This document shows, one piece after another, positions 9,074 to 17,649 of a stretch of DNA of 64,000 nucleotides. Both the position numbers and the translations under genes were made by a program. Below the pieces are notes generated by a model that saw only the letters and a list, made by a program, of their open reading frames with translations, was not told the origin of the DNA and did not search any database. The stretch lies in IMG/VR virus record IMGVR_UViG_3300035696_000017, positions 50,054 to 114,053 of that record; one strand, written 5' to 3'. How positions within the stretch are numbered: position 1 is the stretch's first letter; each line of letters starts with the position of its first letter. Origin of the DNA: a virus.

Positions 9074-10285
9074 CTACTTGGCCCCCTTGGCCCCTTTCGC
9101 CGAGCCTTTGAAGATGCCTGGGATGTTCGGGATGATCCCGATCCCTGCTTCACCCATGGGCACGCCGAAGACGTTGAGGATGTCCTTGGCGCAGTGCTTG
9201 TGGATGCTCTTCGCGAGGCCGATCTTGTCGATACCGTGACTCGTCATCTTCGACCACAGCGTGATCCGGTGCTCTTCGCCGAGCTCGGTCATGATGGCCG
9301 CGATGTTCTTGCCCTGCTGGTCCGTCAGGTTGGTGGTGACGTTCTTGGTGACGTAGTCCGCCAGCTTCTCGATGAGGCCGTTCCGTCGTTCGTGCGACTG
9401 GCGGTCGAACTTCCCGCGGATCGCTGCGGTGTGGAACTTGTTGAGCATCTCCTCGCCGGTGATCTGGTTGTCCACTGTCTTGCAGTAGGCGTGGAACGCC
9501 GAGGCACACTCGTTGCCGACGAAGCCGCGGCACACGTCCCAGAAGAGCGGGTCGGCCGGGTTCTCGATGAGGCCGGAGTAGACCAGTGCCTCGTTGACGA
9601 ACTCCCACCCACGCGGGGTCGGGTGCTGGGTGCCGGTCTCGGCGTTGGACGGGGGCAGCAGCCACTTCTCGTTCGCCTCGACGAAGTCCGGGATGAAGTA
9701 GTGGAGGTTGCCTCCCTGCTCGGGGTCAGTGTCACGGGCCCAGGCGACGAACTCCTTGACGCTGGGGTGCAGGTCCACGACGAAGAAGCGGGACAGCAGC
9801 GCCGGGTCCATCTCGTTGACCTGGTACTGCGCGCCGGTGTTGATCGCGGTGTAGACCCGGGAGAGCGGGTGCATCTTGTTGAGGTCGAGCTCGTGGTCCA
9901 GAGCGATCTGGAACGCCGCCTGCATGACCTCGGGCGTCGCGCGGTTCAGCTCGTCCAGGAAGAGGCAGCACGGCTCGTCGCAGGCCATGCGGTACCAGTT
10001 GGGCGGGTTGAAGCGGGTCACCCGTCCGTCGGTGCTGGGGAGGCCGATGACGTCGCCCTCGCTGCGCTGACCGAGCCGGATGTCGATGACCGGGTACCCG
10101 TTGACCGGGTCCTTGATCGCCTTCTTCTCGAAGAGTTGCTTCCTGATCTTGGCACTGATCTGCCTGACCACCTTGCTCTTCCCGACGCCGTGACCCGCTC
10201 TGAGCAGGACTGACCGGCTCGGCGGGAGACACAGTGCGACCTTCTTCAGGGTCGCGATGGACATCGATGTCTCGGTCGCAGCCAT
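9074..10285 (-). CDS. MoxR-like AAA+ ATPase
   Basis: Walker A GHGVGKS, Walker B LFLDELNRA, MDPALLSRF, PTPRGW; GAGGAG SD before ATG 10285. Confidence 0.85.
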   Translation of the reverse strand: MAATETSMSIATLKKVALCLPPSRSVLLRAGHGVGKSKVVRQISAKIRKQLFEKKAIKDPVNGYPVIDIRLGQRSEGDVIGLPSTDGRVTRFNPPNWYRMACDEPCCLFLDELNRATPEVMQAAFQIALDHELDLNKMHPLSRVYTAINTGAQYQVNEMDPALLSRFFVVDLHPSVKEFVAWARDTDPEQGGNLHYFIPDFVEANEKWLLPPSNAETGTQHPTPRGWEFVNEALVYSGLIENPADPLFWDVCRGFVGNECASAFHAYCKTVDNQITGEEMLNKFHTAAIRGKFDRQSHERRNGLIEKLADYVTKNVTTNLTDQQGKNIAAIMTELGEEHRITLWSKMTSHGIDKIGLAKSIHKHCAKDILNVFGVPMGEAGIGIIPNIPGIFKGSAKGAKGAK

Positions 10286-10366
10286 TCCTTGACTCCTCGT
10301 CAGTGGATGATTCCACCTTACCACGGAGGACCCGTGGTTTGCACTGTGGCTAAGACAAGAGTGAAG

Positions 10367-10774
10367 TCAGACGAGGCGCTTGCGCACCGAAGTCACAAGG
10401 CGAGGAAACTCGTCAGCGAGTTCCTCATATACGCGCCACTGCTGGCCCATCAGCCGGAAGCACCGGTAGTAGGACAGCCGGCCCACGCTCTCGACGAACT
10501 CACGGACGCCGTTGAAGTGTGCGGGCATCACGCTGTCGATGAACAGCACCCAGTCGCCGATGCGTTGGAAGCCGACGAAGTCGCCGCGTTCGTTGGCGTC
10601 CAAGTACGCCAGCAGCACAGACTGGTTCGACAGGTCTTCGCCGTCCCACTTACGCTTGCCCAACACTCCCACAACGTAGGCGACTGCCTCCGGGCTGGCG
10701 GGGATGCCCGTCAGCCTCTCAGCGAAGTGGTCACTGATTCCAGTCTTGGCGGCGGGGACGATCAGACCCATCAT
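10367..10774 (-). CDS. hypothetical protein
   Basis: ORF track; FQRIGDWVLF...GRLSYY...YEELA; CTAGTTA motif upstream. Confidence 0.65.
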   Translation of the reverse strand: MMGLIVPAAKTGISDHFAERLTGIPASPEAVAYVVGVLGKRKWDGEDLSNQSVLLAYLDANERGDFVGFQRIGDWVLFIDSVMPAHFNGVREFVESVGRLSYYRCFRLMGQQWRVYEELADEFPRLVTSVRKRLV

Positions 10775-10780
10775 GGGTAA

Positions 10781-11218
10781 CTAGTCCTGCTTTGGGGGTT
10801 GAACCTTGTCTCGCTTCTGAAGCTTTTTCGATGGGCGGACCGTGTCCTCCTGCTCAGGTTCAGGAGACAAGAAAGGGTGGTCGGTCAGCACCAAGACACC
10901 GGGCTGCTCGACGGGTGCATCGGGATCGATCTGGTGGCCTGTGTGCTCGTCGATGACGGGAGGGGGCTCCAGCACCACGACGCCCTCCTGTGGGCTGTTC
11001 ACTGGAGTGGGCCAGGCAGCCTTGAACTCCTCCTCGGTGGGCGGGACGACCCCGATCCGGTCACACCAGGTCACCAACGCTTGGTGGGTGCTGATGCCCC
11101 GGTCGAGCAACATCTGCTTCAGTGTCGTCTTGCGGCGACGCAGCAAGTCGCTGAGCTTGAGCCGGGGCTGGTGCTTGGGCACGTACCGGCCGGGGACGCC
11201 TCGTCCGTCACGGTTCAT
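10781..11218 (-). CDS. hypothetical protein
   Basis: ATG overlapping upstream stop (ATGA). Confidence 0.6.
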   Translation of the reverse strand: MNRDGRGVPGRYVPKHQPRLKLSDLLRRRKTTLKQMLLDRGISTHQALVTWCDRIGVVPPTEEEFKAAWPTPVNSPQEGVVVLEPPPVIDEHTGHQIDPDAPVEQPGVLVLTDHPFLSPEPEQEDTVRPSKKLQKRDKVQPPKQD

Positions 11219-11529
11219 GCTGATACTATACCCCTCCGAGCGCGCCTCTCCGCCTCGACGACGTGGAGAAGGTCGGCAATGCCGTGCTGGAACTGCGGCG
11301 ACTTGGCGATCTCGTCGATCCGCTGCTCGCTGAGATCCAGCTGCCACTCGTCGGCCAGAGCCTTGACGAACTTCCTCATCACCCGCAGCACATAGTTGCG
11401 AGCAGACGAGTGGTTCATGCTGAACCCGAGCTCGGTCATCATGTCCGCGATCTCGCGGTAGTTGTCGCCTTCATCACCAGCGACTGTGGCGTATCCCCTG
11501 TCGACCGTCATTCCCCTGCGTAGTGCCAT
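11215..11529 (-). CDS. HTH protein resembling sigma region 4.2
   Basis: GDNYREIADMM...MNHSSARNYVLRVMRKF. Confidence 0.6.
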   Translation of the reverse strand: MALRRGMTVDRGYATVAGDEGDNYREIADMMTELGFSMNHSSARNYVLRVMRKFVKALADEWQLDLSEQRIDEIAKSPQFQHGIADLLHVVEAERRARRGIVSA

Positions 11530-11534
11530 GTGCC

Positions 11535-11954
11535 TCAGTCCTTCTTGGTTGTGTCATCAGGCTTCGGCATCTTCACCGGGAGCTGGACGACCTTTGCTGG
11601 TTCTTGCTTCGGTCTTGTGGGTGTGGGCTGCCGAGGTGTCGAGTACGGCCTCGTCCTGGGCGGGACCGCCCTTAGCGGTGGTACCACGCGGGGCCCGTCA
11701 GGTTCACCGGGCGAGGGCACGTGTTCAACTTGTCGTCGGCTGATGATTGGCGCGTAACGTTGTGTCTGGAACGCTTGGAGGCGACCGACGAGGTCGTGCT
11801 CAGCAGGCGTCGGTTCGTCCCCGACACGTGTGGGTGCCGACGACGAGGGAAGCTTTCCCCCGCCCGGGCTGCGCACCAGCCTCACCGCCCATGCTCCGGA
11901 AACGAGCAGGCCGCTGATGCCGCCGCAGTACAGGAGGAAGTCCAGTGCCTGCAT
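11535..11954 (-). CDS. membrane-anchored Pro-rich protein
   Basis: N-terminal TM helix, Pro-rich tail. Confidence 0.55.
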   Translation of the reverse strand: MQALDFLLYCGGISGLLVSGAWAVRLVRSPGGGKLPSSSAPTRVGDEPTPAEHDLVGRLQAFQTQRYAPIISRRQVEHVPSPGEPDGPRVVPPLRAVPPRTRPYSTPRQPTPTRPKQEPAKVVQLPVKMPKPDDTTKKD

Positions 11955-12247
11955 CAGCTCGGGAGCTTCTCGAACCTCGACTTGGCGCAGTCGGCGTTGA
12001 AGATCTTCATGTAGCGGTTGTGCTTGATCTTGGCGTGGATGAGTCCACCCAGGATAGACAAGCCGATGGCACCGCTCATGACGGCGATGGTGATCCCGAA
12101 GAGGCTGAAGCTACCTGCGAACATCTTCCTTCTCCTTCTTGGCTTTGACGCTGTCGATGACCTTCAGCGTCGTCTTCCAGCCGACGTAGGTGCCAGCCGC
12201 GAACGCAACCCCGGCGACCATCCCGCCGCCGATGAGAACCCACTTGA

Positions 12248-13110
<863 letters not shown>

Positions 13111-13120
<10 letters not shown>

Positions 13121-13536
13121 CTCGGGCGGCCGCCAGTGGCCGCGTAAACGAACGCGCTGTTGTCGAAGTCACCGGGCGGCAGCCTTGCTTCGAGATCATC
13201 GAAGGCTTTCTGCTCGCTCCGTACGAACTCAGAGTGGTTTTCACGGCGTGCGCGGCGCATCTGCTGCTCACGACGAACGTAGGCGATCTCCTCTTCCCAG
13301 GGCCGTGTTTCCACACGGGCCTCGAACGCCTTGTTGCGGTCCTCATCGAGGGCACGGAGGCGGACGATGAGGTCCGCGTCGTCAAGGGTCCCCAAGACGT
13401 CGCAGGAAACGACCTCGGGCAGGGGCACGACCTGGCGGCGGTTGGGACGGGAAGGAAGGGAAGGAGTCGACTCTGAACGCTTCCGGGTCTTCTGCACGTA
13501 GTCCTCGTCTGGTTGGGGCCCGTCAGGGCGCTTCAC
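13111..13536 (-). CDS. hypothetical protein
   Basis: ORF track, adjacent to the sigma gene. Confidence 0.55.
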
Positions 13537-13602
13537 CGATGACAGTCACTCCTGCGTCGCCATGAGGAAACTCAGGAGTGAAGGTAGTTGTGTTGACTGT
13601 AA

Positions 13603-14010
13603 TCACTGCGGGGAGTCTTGTACAGGCGGAACTACCTCTTGTAGAACGTCGAGGACTCTACGCCACATCACCTGGTGCACCCGTCGGCCGAAGACGAGGT
13701 CTTCCTCGTCCATCTCGTCTAGGGTCTTGCTGTTCAACTTCGACCACATGTAGACCAGCTCGAACGGGGACATCACCTGGACGCGGTTGGCGACGCTGCC
13801 CGGGCTGCCGTGCTGTGACATCAGGTCGGGCCTGACGTGCTCCAGGAAGGTGCTGAAGCCCGGGTCGAGCTCGTTGAACCGCTCGACCAGCGCCGCGTAC
13901 GCTTCCTTGTGGGCCGGGTCTGGGCTGTCGCCCTGGACCAAGAAGTCGCTGGCGGTGAGAGACTTGATGTCCCTCAACGTCATCGCTCGGGCTTGGGAGG
14001 CAGTGATCAC
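13603..14010 (-). CDS. hypothetical protein
   Basis: GTG overlapping upstream stop. Confidence 0.55.
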   Translation of the reverse strand: MITASQARAMTLRDIKSLTASDFLVQGDSPDPAHKEAYAALVERFNELDPGFSTFLEHVRPDLMSQHGSPGSVANRVQVMSPFELVYMWSKLNSKTLDEMDEEDLVFGRRVHQVMWRRVLDVLQEVVPPVQDSPQ

Positions 14011-14189
14011 GGCAACACCCGGTGCTTCTTGATGTCGCTCAAGGCCCGGGCCACGTTGAGCGCCAGGGTCATCTGGCCTTGGGACCGCCCGCTGATGACC
14101 GAAGTGCAGAGCTCGTCTGCGGCACCGAGAGCGACCTTCAGCGTCGCAAGCTGTTCCTCGTTCAGAGTGATTGTCACCTCTTTCGCCAT
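14007..14189 (-). CDS. hypothetical protein
   Basis: GAGGAGG SD and class I promoter upstream. Confidence 0.65.
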   Translation of the reverse strand: MAKEVTITLNEEQLATLKVALGAADELCTSVISGRSQGQMTLALNVARALSDIKKHRVLP

Positions 14190-14247
14190 GTCGCCTCCTC
14201 GGGTTGGAGTCCAACCCTAAACCTGCGTTCCGTTGGTTTGCACTTGG

Positions 14248-14589
14248 TCAGTTGAGCGTGTTCTGGGGACGTTCTGAGTGAGAGCGGACGAAGACGATCT
14301 TCTCGCACTCCTCGACATCCAGCGCCATCTGGTGAAGGGCGCGGTACCGCTCGCGGAGCTTCTCGATGATGTCGGGAGGTTGGCTGATGCCAATCTCTTG
14401 CAGCTCCTGAACCAGCGACGCCGTCTCCATGACAGAAGCACCAGCGTCAGCGATGCGGTCCTTGGCGACGGTCAGGTTGGGCTTGACCCCAAACGCACGC
14501 TTGGCGGCGGCGAACCGGGCATCGACCTGCTGGAGCATGACGTTGAGGTCGGCCGCCATCTGGCGGATGTCGACGGTCTGCTTGCTCAC
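14248..14589 (-). CDS. hypothetical coiled-coil protein
   Basis: ORF track. Confidence 0.6.
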   Translation of the reverse strand: MSKQTVDIRQMAADLNVMLQQVDARFAAAKRAFGVKPNLTVAKDRIADAGASVMETASLVQELQEIGISQPPDIIEKLRERYRALHQMALDVEECEKIVFVRSHSERPQNTLN

Positions 14590-14702
14590 CGGGGCCCCAC
14601 CCGCAGGAGGTTGGGGCTGACGCGCCAGGTCATGTCATGGTTGATGAACTTGAGAACGTCGAGGAGTGTGGTTGCCATGGTCCCAGTCTACCATTGGAAC
14701 CG

Positions 14703-14897
14703 TCAGGCTTGCACCATCTCGAGGTGGTCCTTGTACACTGCGTGGACCTCACCTTCGTGGAGAACTACGACGTGGTCACGCTTCGGGTGACGCCGGATGA
14801 CGTCAACGACGACACCCTTGTGCAGGGTGCCGGAGGGGACCATGTGCTCCACCACGTCCCACAACTGGGCGGTGAGCTTCGCGCGCGCTTTGAACAT
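14703..14897 (-). CDS. hypothetical protein
   Basis: GTGCAA-N18-TAGAAT-N6-ATG upstream. Confidence 0.65.
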   Translation of the reverse strand: MFKARAKLTAQLWDVVEHMVPSGTLHKGVVVDVIRRHPKRDHVVVLHEGEVHAVYKDHLEMVQA

Positions 14898-14947
14898 TTG
14901 ACGATTCTACCCGGCTGGGCAGACTCGTTGCACAGCGTGAAAGAGGG

Positions 14948-15018
14948 CTGGGGCGGAGGGATTCGGACCCCCATCATTGGTGTCAAAGGCCAAGGTCCTG
15001 CCGTTAGACGACACCCCA
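14948..15018 (-). tRNA. tRNA-Gln(TTG), non-canonical T loop
   Basis: TGGGGTG/CGCCCCA acceptor, loop CT-TTG-AC, T loop TCCGAAT. Confidence 0.8.
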
Positions 15019-15045
15019 ATGTGTTGACATCTGCGTTCCGTGTAG

Positions 15046-15116
15046 CTGGCCCGGAAGGATTCGAACCTTCATGACGACGGTCAGAGCGTCGCATCCTGCC
15101 GTTAGATGACAGGCCA
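15046..15116 (-). tRNA. tRNA-Gln(CTG)
   Basis: Cloverleaf; CGACG-CTCTGAC-CGTCG; GGTTCGAATCC. Confidence 0.9.
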
Positions 15117-15130
15117 ATGTGTTGTCGAGG

Positions 15131-15199
15131 TCGCTCCGACTGGACTCGAACCAGTGGCTCCCGCTCCATGGTAACGGGTGTCCGCCGAGATGCGGAGCG
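15131..15199 (-). tRNA. aberrant tRNA-like RNA (possible CAT anticodon)
   Basis: CGCTCCG/CGGAGCG acceptor and perfect T arm; reduced D arm; loop ACCATGG lacks U33. Confidence 0.5.
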
Positions 15200-15202
15200 A
15201 TC

Positions 15203-15300
15203 GTCACGTCGAACGGAATCGAACCGTTGCTCGTAGTAGCAGCCGCGAGCCTTTCACAGGATTCTGTGTTTTTCTACGACCTTTCCTCGAACGACGTGAC
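15203..15300 (-). ncRNA. tRNA-like RNA without a canonical anticodon arm
   Basis: GTCACGTCG/CGACGTGAC stem, T arm AACGG-TTCGATT-CCGTT, internal hairpins CACAG-AATC-CTGTG and GCTCG..CGAGC. Confidence 0.5.
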
Positions 15301-15375
15301 TGGCAGGTGGACTGGGACTCGAACCCAGGTAGCGAGTTTTGGAGGCTCGCGTCCTAGCCGCTGAACGACCCACCT
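15301..15375 (-). tRNA. tRNA-Trp(CCA)
   Basis: Cloverleaf, loop CT-CCA-AA, encoded 3' CCA. Confidence 0.9.
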
Positions 15376-15387
15376 ATGTGTGAAAAC

Positions 15388-15462
15388 TGGCACCAACGAC
15401 GGGACTCGAACCCGCGTATTCTCCTAGACAGGGAGACGTCCTAGCCGCTGAACGACGTCGGT
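15388..15462 (-). tRNA. tRNA-Asp(GTC)
   Basis: TCTCC-CTGTCTA-GGAGA, encoded CCA. Confidence 0.9.
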
Positions 15463-15472
15463 ATGCAGAAAC

Positions 15473-15546
15473 TGGCGAGCACGGCGGGATTCGAACCCGT
15501 ATACGCTTCCTAGACAGGGAAGTCGCCTCCCATGGCGCACGTGCCC
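15473..15546 (-). tRNA. tRNA-Asp(GTC), second copy
   Basis: CTTCC-CTGTCTA-GGAAG, encoded CCA. Confidence 0.85.
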
Positions 15547-15556
15547 AATGTTGTGA

Positions 15557-15632
15557 TGGTGGAGCTCACGGGGATCGAACCCGTCACCTCCTGCTTGCAA
15601 GGCAGGCGCTCTCCCAAATGAGCTAGAGCCCC
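15557..15632 (-). tRNA. tRNA-Ala(TGC)
   Basis: GGGGCTC acceptor with G3:U70, CT-TGC-AA, CCA. Confidence 0.95.
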
Positions 15633-15645
15633 ATACGTATGGAAC

Positions 15646-15918
15646 ATGAAACCGTGGGAAAAAGAACACGATGAAGACCCGTCCCAAGAGGGCGGGATGG
15701 CACTTTCAAGCCTGAAACGCACCGCCAAGATGGCTAGAGAGTTGGTTGATCTAATCGGACCCAATGACACCCTACCCGGGTGGGTACAGGCTAAGCTGAC
15801 CACGGTGTACGAGGATCTCAATGATGTTCACGGTTACATGATGGGTTTGGATCGCGGTGAAAGCCAGAGTGAGGTTCAAGAGGCTATCAACCAGCTAATC
15901 AAACGTCATCGCCGTTGA
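15646..15918 (+). CDS. conserved phage hypothetical protein (EG.MA...LP.WVQ.K motif)
   Basis: EGGMALSSLKRTAKMARELVDLI...LPGWVQAKLT; ATACGTA-N6-ATG upstream. Confidence 0.7.
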   Translation: MKPWEKEHDEDPSQEGGMALSSLKRTAKMARELVDLIGPNDTLPGWVQAKLTTVYEDLNDVHGYMMGLDRGESQSEVQEAINQLIKRHRR

Positions 15919-15919
15919 A

Positions 15920-16258
15920 TCACAGCTTGCCCTTGTGGTTCATGCCGAGGCCGGCTTCGTGGACCTTAGTGAACTTGACGTTGGGAGTGCGCTTCTGGAA
16001 ACCAAGCTGGCAAGACTTGCCAACCATCATGCCAGAATTGACCCACCACATCTGACGATACTCTTCACGGTCAGCCTCGGAATCGAACTTGAGAATGGTG
16101 ACACCAGCAGCTTTACCGTCAGCCGACTGAAGGCCAAGGTACTTGGGAACCGACTCTGAAGAACAATCAGGACAACAGGTTATGAGCCCGCCGACGCGGC
16201 GTTTCTCAGGTGACATCGGGTCGTACTCGCAATTGCAAACAATGCAGGTTCGCTCCAT
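15920..16258 (-). CDS. zinc-finger hypothetical protein
   Basis: CIVC...CPDC; class I promoter upstream. Confidence 0.65.
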   Translation of the reverse strand: MERTCIVCNCEYDPMSPEKRRVGGLITCCPDCSSESVPKYLGLQSADGKAAGVTILKFDSEADREEYRQMWWVNSGMMVGKSCQLGFQKRTPNVKFTKVHEAGLGMNHKGKL

Positions 16259-16299
16259 GAGTAGCCCAGTGTACCACAGCCAGGTAATGCTTTGCACTG

Positions 16300-16376
16300 T
16301 GGAGCTGGAGGGAGTCGAACCCTCAGTCACTCAGGTTCCATTGTCGGCTTTCCTGTGCGACTCGCCTTTCAGCCCC
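16300..16376 (-). ncRNA. minimal tmRNA-like RNA (tRNA-like domain only) or aberrant Ala-accepting RNA
   Basis: GGGGCTG/CAGCTCC-A acceptor with G3:U70, stemless D region AAAGGCGAGTCG, central helix, T arm GAGGG-TTCGACT-CCCTC; no anticodon arm and no tag ORF. Confidence 0.6.
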
Positions 16377-16386
16377 GTGTTTTCAG

Positions 16387-16459
16387 TGGAGCACGCGGGA
16401 CTCGAACCCGCCACCTCAACGTTGCGAACGTTGCGCTCTCCCAGATGAGCTAGTGCCCC
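16387..16459 (-). tRNA. tRNA-Ala(CGC)
   Basis: CAACG-TTCGCAA-CGTTG, G3:U70. Confidence 0.92.
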
Positions 16460-16461
16460 AT

Positions 16462-16536
16462 TGGCTGCGGGGGAAGGGTTTGAGCCTTCGTCTCCGAGCG
16501 TTGGATGCTCGGCGCCTTCGATCAGACCACCCCGCA
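16462..16536 (-). tRNA. aberrant tRNA with CCA (Trp) anticodon
   Basis: TGCGGGG/CCCCGCA-G-CCA, 6-bp anticodon stem with loop ATCCAAC, T loop CTCAAAC. Confidence 0.6.
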
Positions 16537-16537
16537 G

Positions 16538-16610
16538 TGGAGCTAGCGGGATTCGAACCCGCCACCTCTTCGATGCCATCGAAGCGCTCTCCCGAATGAG
16601 CTATAGCCCC
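16538..16610 (-). tRNA. tRNA-Ala(GGC)
   Basis: CTTCG-ATGGCAT-CGAAG, G3:U70. Confidence 0.92.
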
Positions 16611-16611
16611 G

Positions 16612-16684
16612 TCACCCGAGTGGGACTCGAACCCACGTTCTCTACCGTGTCAGGGTAGCGATCTCGCCGCTGATCTACCGGGTG
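16612..16684 (-). tRNA. tRNA-Val(GAC)
   Basis: CTACC-CTGACAC-GGTAG. Confidence 0.9.
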
Positions 16685-16740
16685 TTGGCCGGTCTCTCCC
16701 GGCAGTCATAGCGCGCCTGATGGGCACGCTCGGTTCGTCT

Positions 16741-16842
16741 CTACCTTCCCTTCCGCTTGTTGCGGTACTGCCGTCGCCAACAGGGCCGGCACATGTATGC
16801 CATCCCCGCGAGCTGTGCAGCGATCTGACACCACTTACACAT
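16741..16842 (-). CDS. 33-aa Cys-rich basic peptide embedded in a structured RNA
   Basis: AAAGGAGG SD; MCKWCQIAAQLAGMAYMCRPCWRRQYRNKRKGR* (two CxxC). Confidence 0.6.
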   Translation of the reverse strand: MCKWCQIAAQLAGMAYMCRPCWRRQYRNKRKGR

Positions 16843-16924
16843 TCCGCGCCTCCTTTCTTGCGAAAGGGGGACGCTACGAATCTCTACTGTGTACCATGCT
16901 GAAGCACCTCTGGTTGGGTGAGGT

Positions 16925-17001
16925 TGGTTGCAAGCCCTGGGAGTCGAACCCAGTGTCTCCGGGTTATGGGCCCGGCGAGGAAGCCGTTTCTCTCTGCTGC
17001 G
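16925..17001 (-). tRNA. degenerate initiator-like tRNA-Met(CAT)
   Basis: CCGGG-CCCATAA-CCCGG (3 GC pairs), T arm and CCA present, imperfect acceptor and D arm. Confidence 0.6.
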
Positions 17002-17002
17002 G

Positions 17003-17076
17003 TAACGGGAGGTGGATTTGAACCACCGACCTCTGGGTTATGAGCCCAGCAAGCTACCTGGCTGCTCCATCCCGCT
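17003..17076 (-). tRNA. tRNA-fMet(CAT)
   Basis: CTGGG-CTCATAA-CCCAG with three consecutive G-C pairs. Confidence 0.9.
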
Positions 17077-17077
17077 G

Positions 17078-17149
17078 TGGGTCCACCCGGATTCGAACCG
17101 AGATCACGGCGCTTAAAAGGCGAGTCTCTGCCTGTTGAGTTATGGACCC
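17078..17149 (-). tRNA. tRNA-Lys(TTT)
   Basis: GGGTCCA/TGGACCC, loop CT-TTT-AA, weak anticodon stem. Confidence 0.8.
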
Positions 17150-17164
17150 GTGTGTTGCGTTTCA

Positions 17165-17232
17165 CCTGCTCGGATTTGCACCGCTCCTCCAGCTTTCAAG
17201 GGCCGGCGTGCTGACTGTTACACTAGCGATCG
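17165..17232 (-). pseudogene. degenerate tRNA remnant
   Basis: D arm GTGT..GCAC and anticodon stem CCGGC/GCTGG recognisable; acceptor and T stem decayed. Confidence 0.4.
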
Positions 17233-17264
17233 TATGGGATCGTGACCGTGGTTACTTGCAACGG

Positions 17265-17335
17265 AGCCCCCGCTTGGAGTCAAACCAAGACCTTCGGGCC
17301 GCAAGGCCCGACGCTCTGCACTGAGCTACGGGGGC
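17265..17335 (-). tRNA. aberrant tRNA with closed or expanded anticodon loop
   Basis: GCCCCCG/CGGGGGC acceptor, normal D arm, TCGGGCC-TTGC-GGCCCGA anticodon arm, T loop TTTGACT. Confidence 0.55.
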
Positions 17336-17340
17336 GTAAG

Positions 17341-17415
17341 TGGTGGGGAGGGGAGGATTCGACACCTCCAACCGCCGGGCTAAATGCCCGGTGCTCTATC
17401 TTGAGCTACCTCCCC
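17341..17415 (-). tRNA. tRNA-Lys(TTT), non-canonical (A33, 8-nt T loop)
   Basis: CCGGG-CATTTAG-CCCGG, T loop TGTCGAAT, encoded CCA. Confidence 0.7.
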
Positions 17416-17436
17416 GTGACTACATTCTACACCTTG

Positions 17437-17510
17437 CCTCCCCGAGTGGATTCGAACCACCGACCTCCACCTTCGCAGGGTGGCGCTCTATCCAGCTGAG
17501 CTACGGGGAG
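17437..17510 (-). tRNA. tRNA-Arg(GCG)
   Basis: CCACC-CTGCGAA-GGTGG. Confidence 0.9.
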
Positions 17511-17535
17511 ATGTCATCGTTGGACGTTCACATTC

Positions 17536-17619
17536 ACAGGTTCACTGCCTGCCTCGCTCCTAAGCGTCCCGGGGATGAGTGCTCCGAAGAGCGGCCCCCA
17601 GGGCCCGATTCGAACGGGC
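17536..17619 (-). ncRNA. candidate circularly permuted tRNA-like gene
   Basis: T arm plus 3' acceptor strand (CCTGGGG-G-CC) precede a UUCG hairpin linker, then the 5' acceptor strand (CCCCGGG), a D-like hairpin and a GCAGG-CAGTGAA-CCTGT arm. Confidence 0.45.
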
Positions 17620-17649
17620 TCAGTTTTGGGTTGTTACTTGTCGCGACGG

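Noticed and set aside
17165-17232. Selenocysteine or opal-suppressor tRNA
   Set aside because: On the coding (minus) strand the loop reads CCTTGAAA, not a TCA anticodon; acceptor and T stems are decayed
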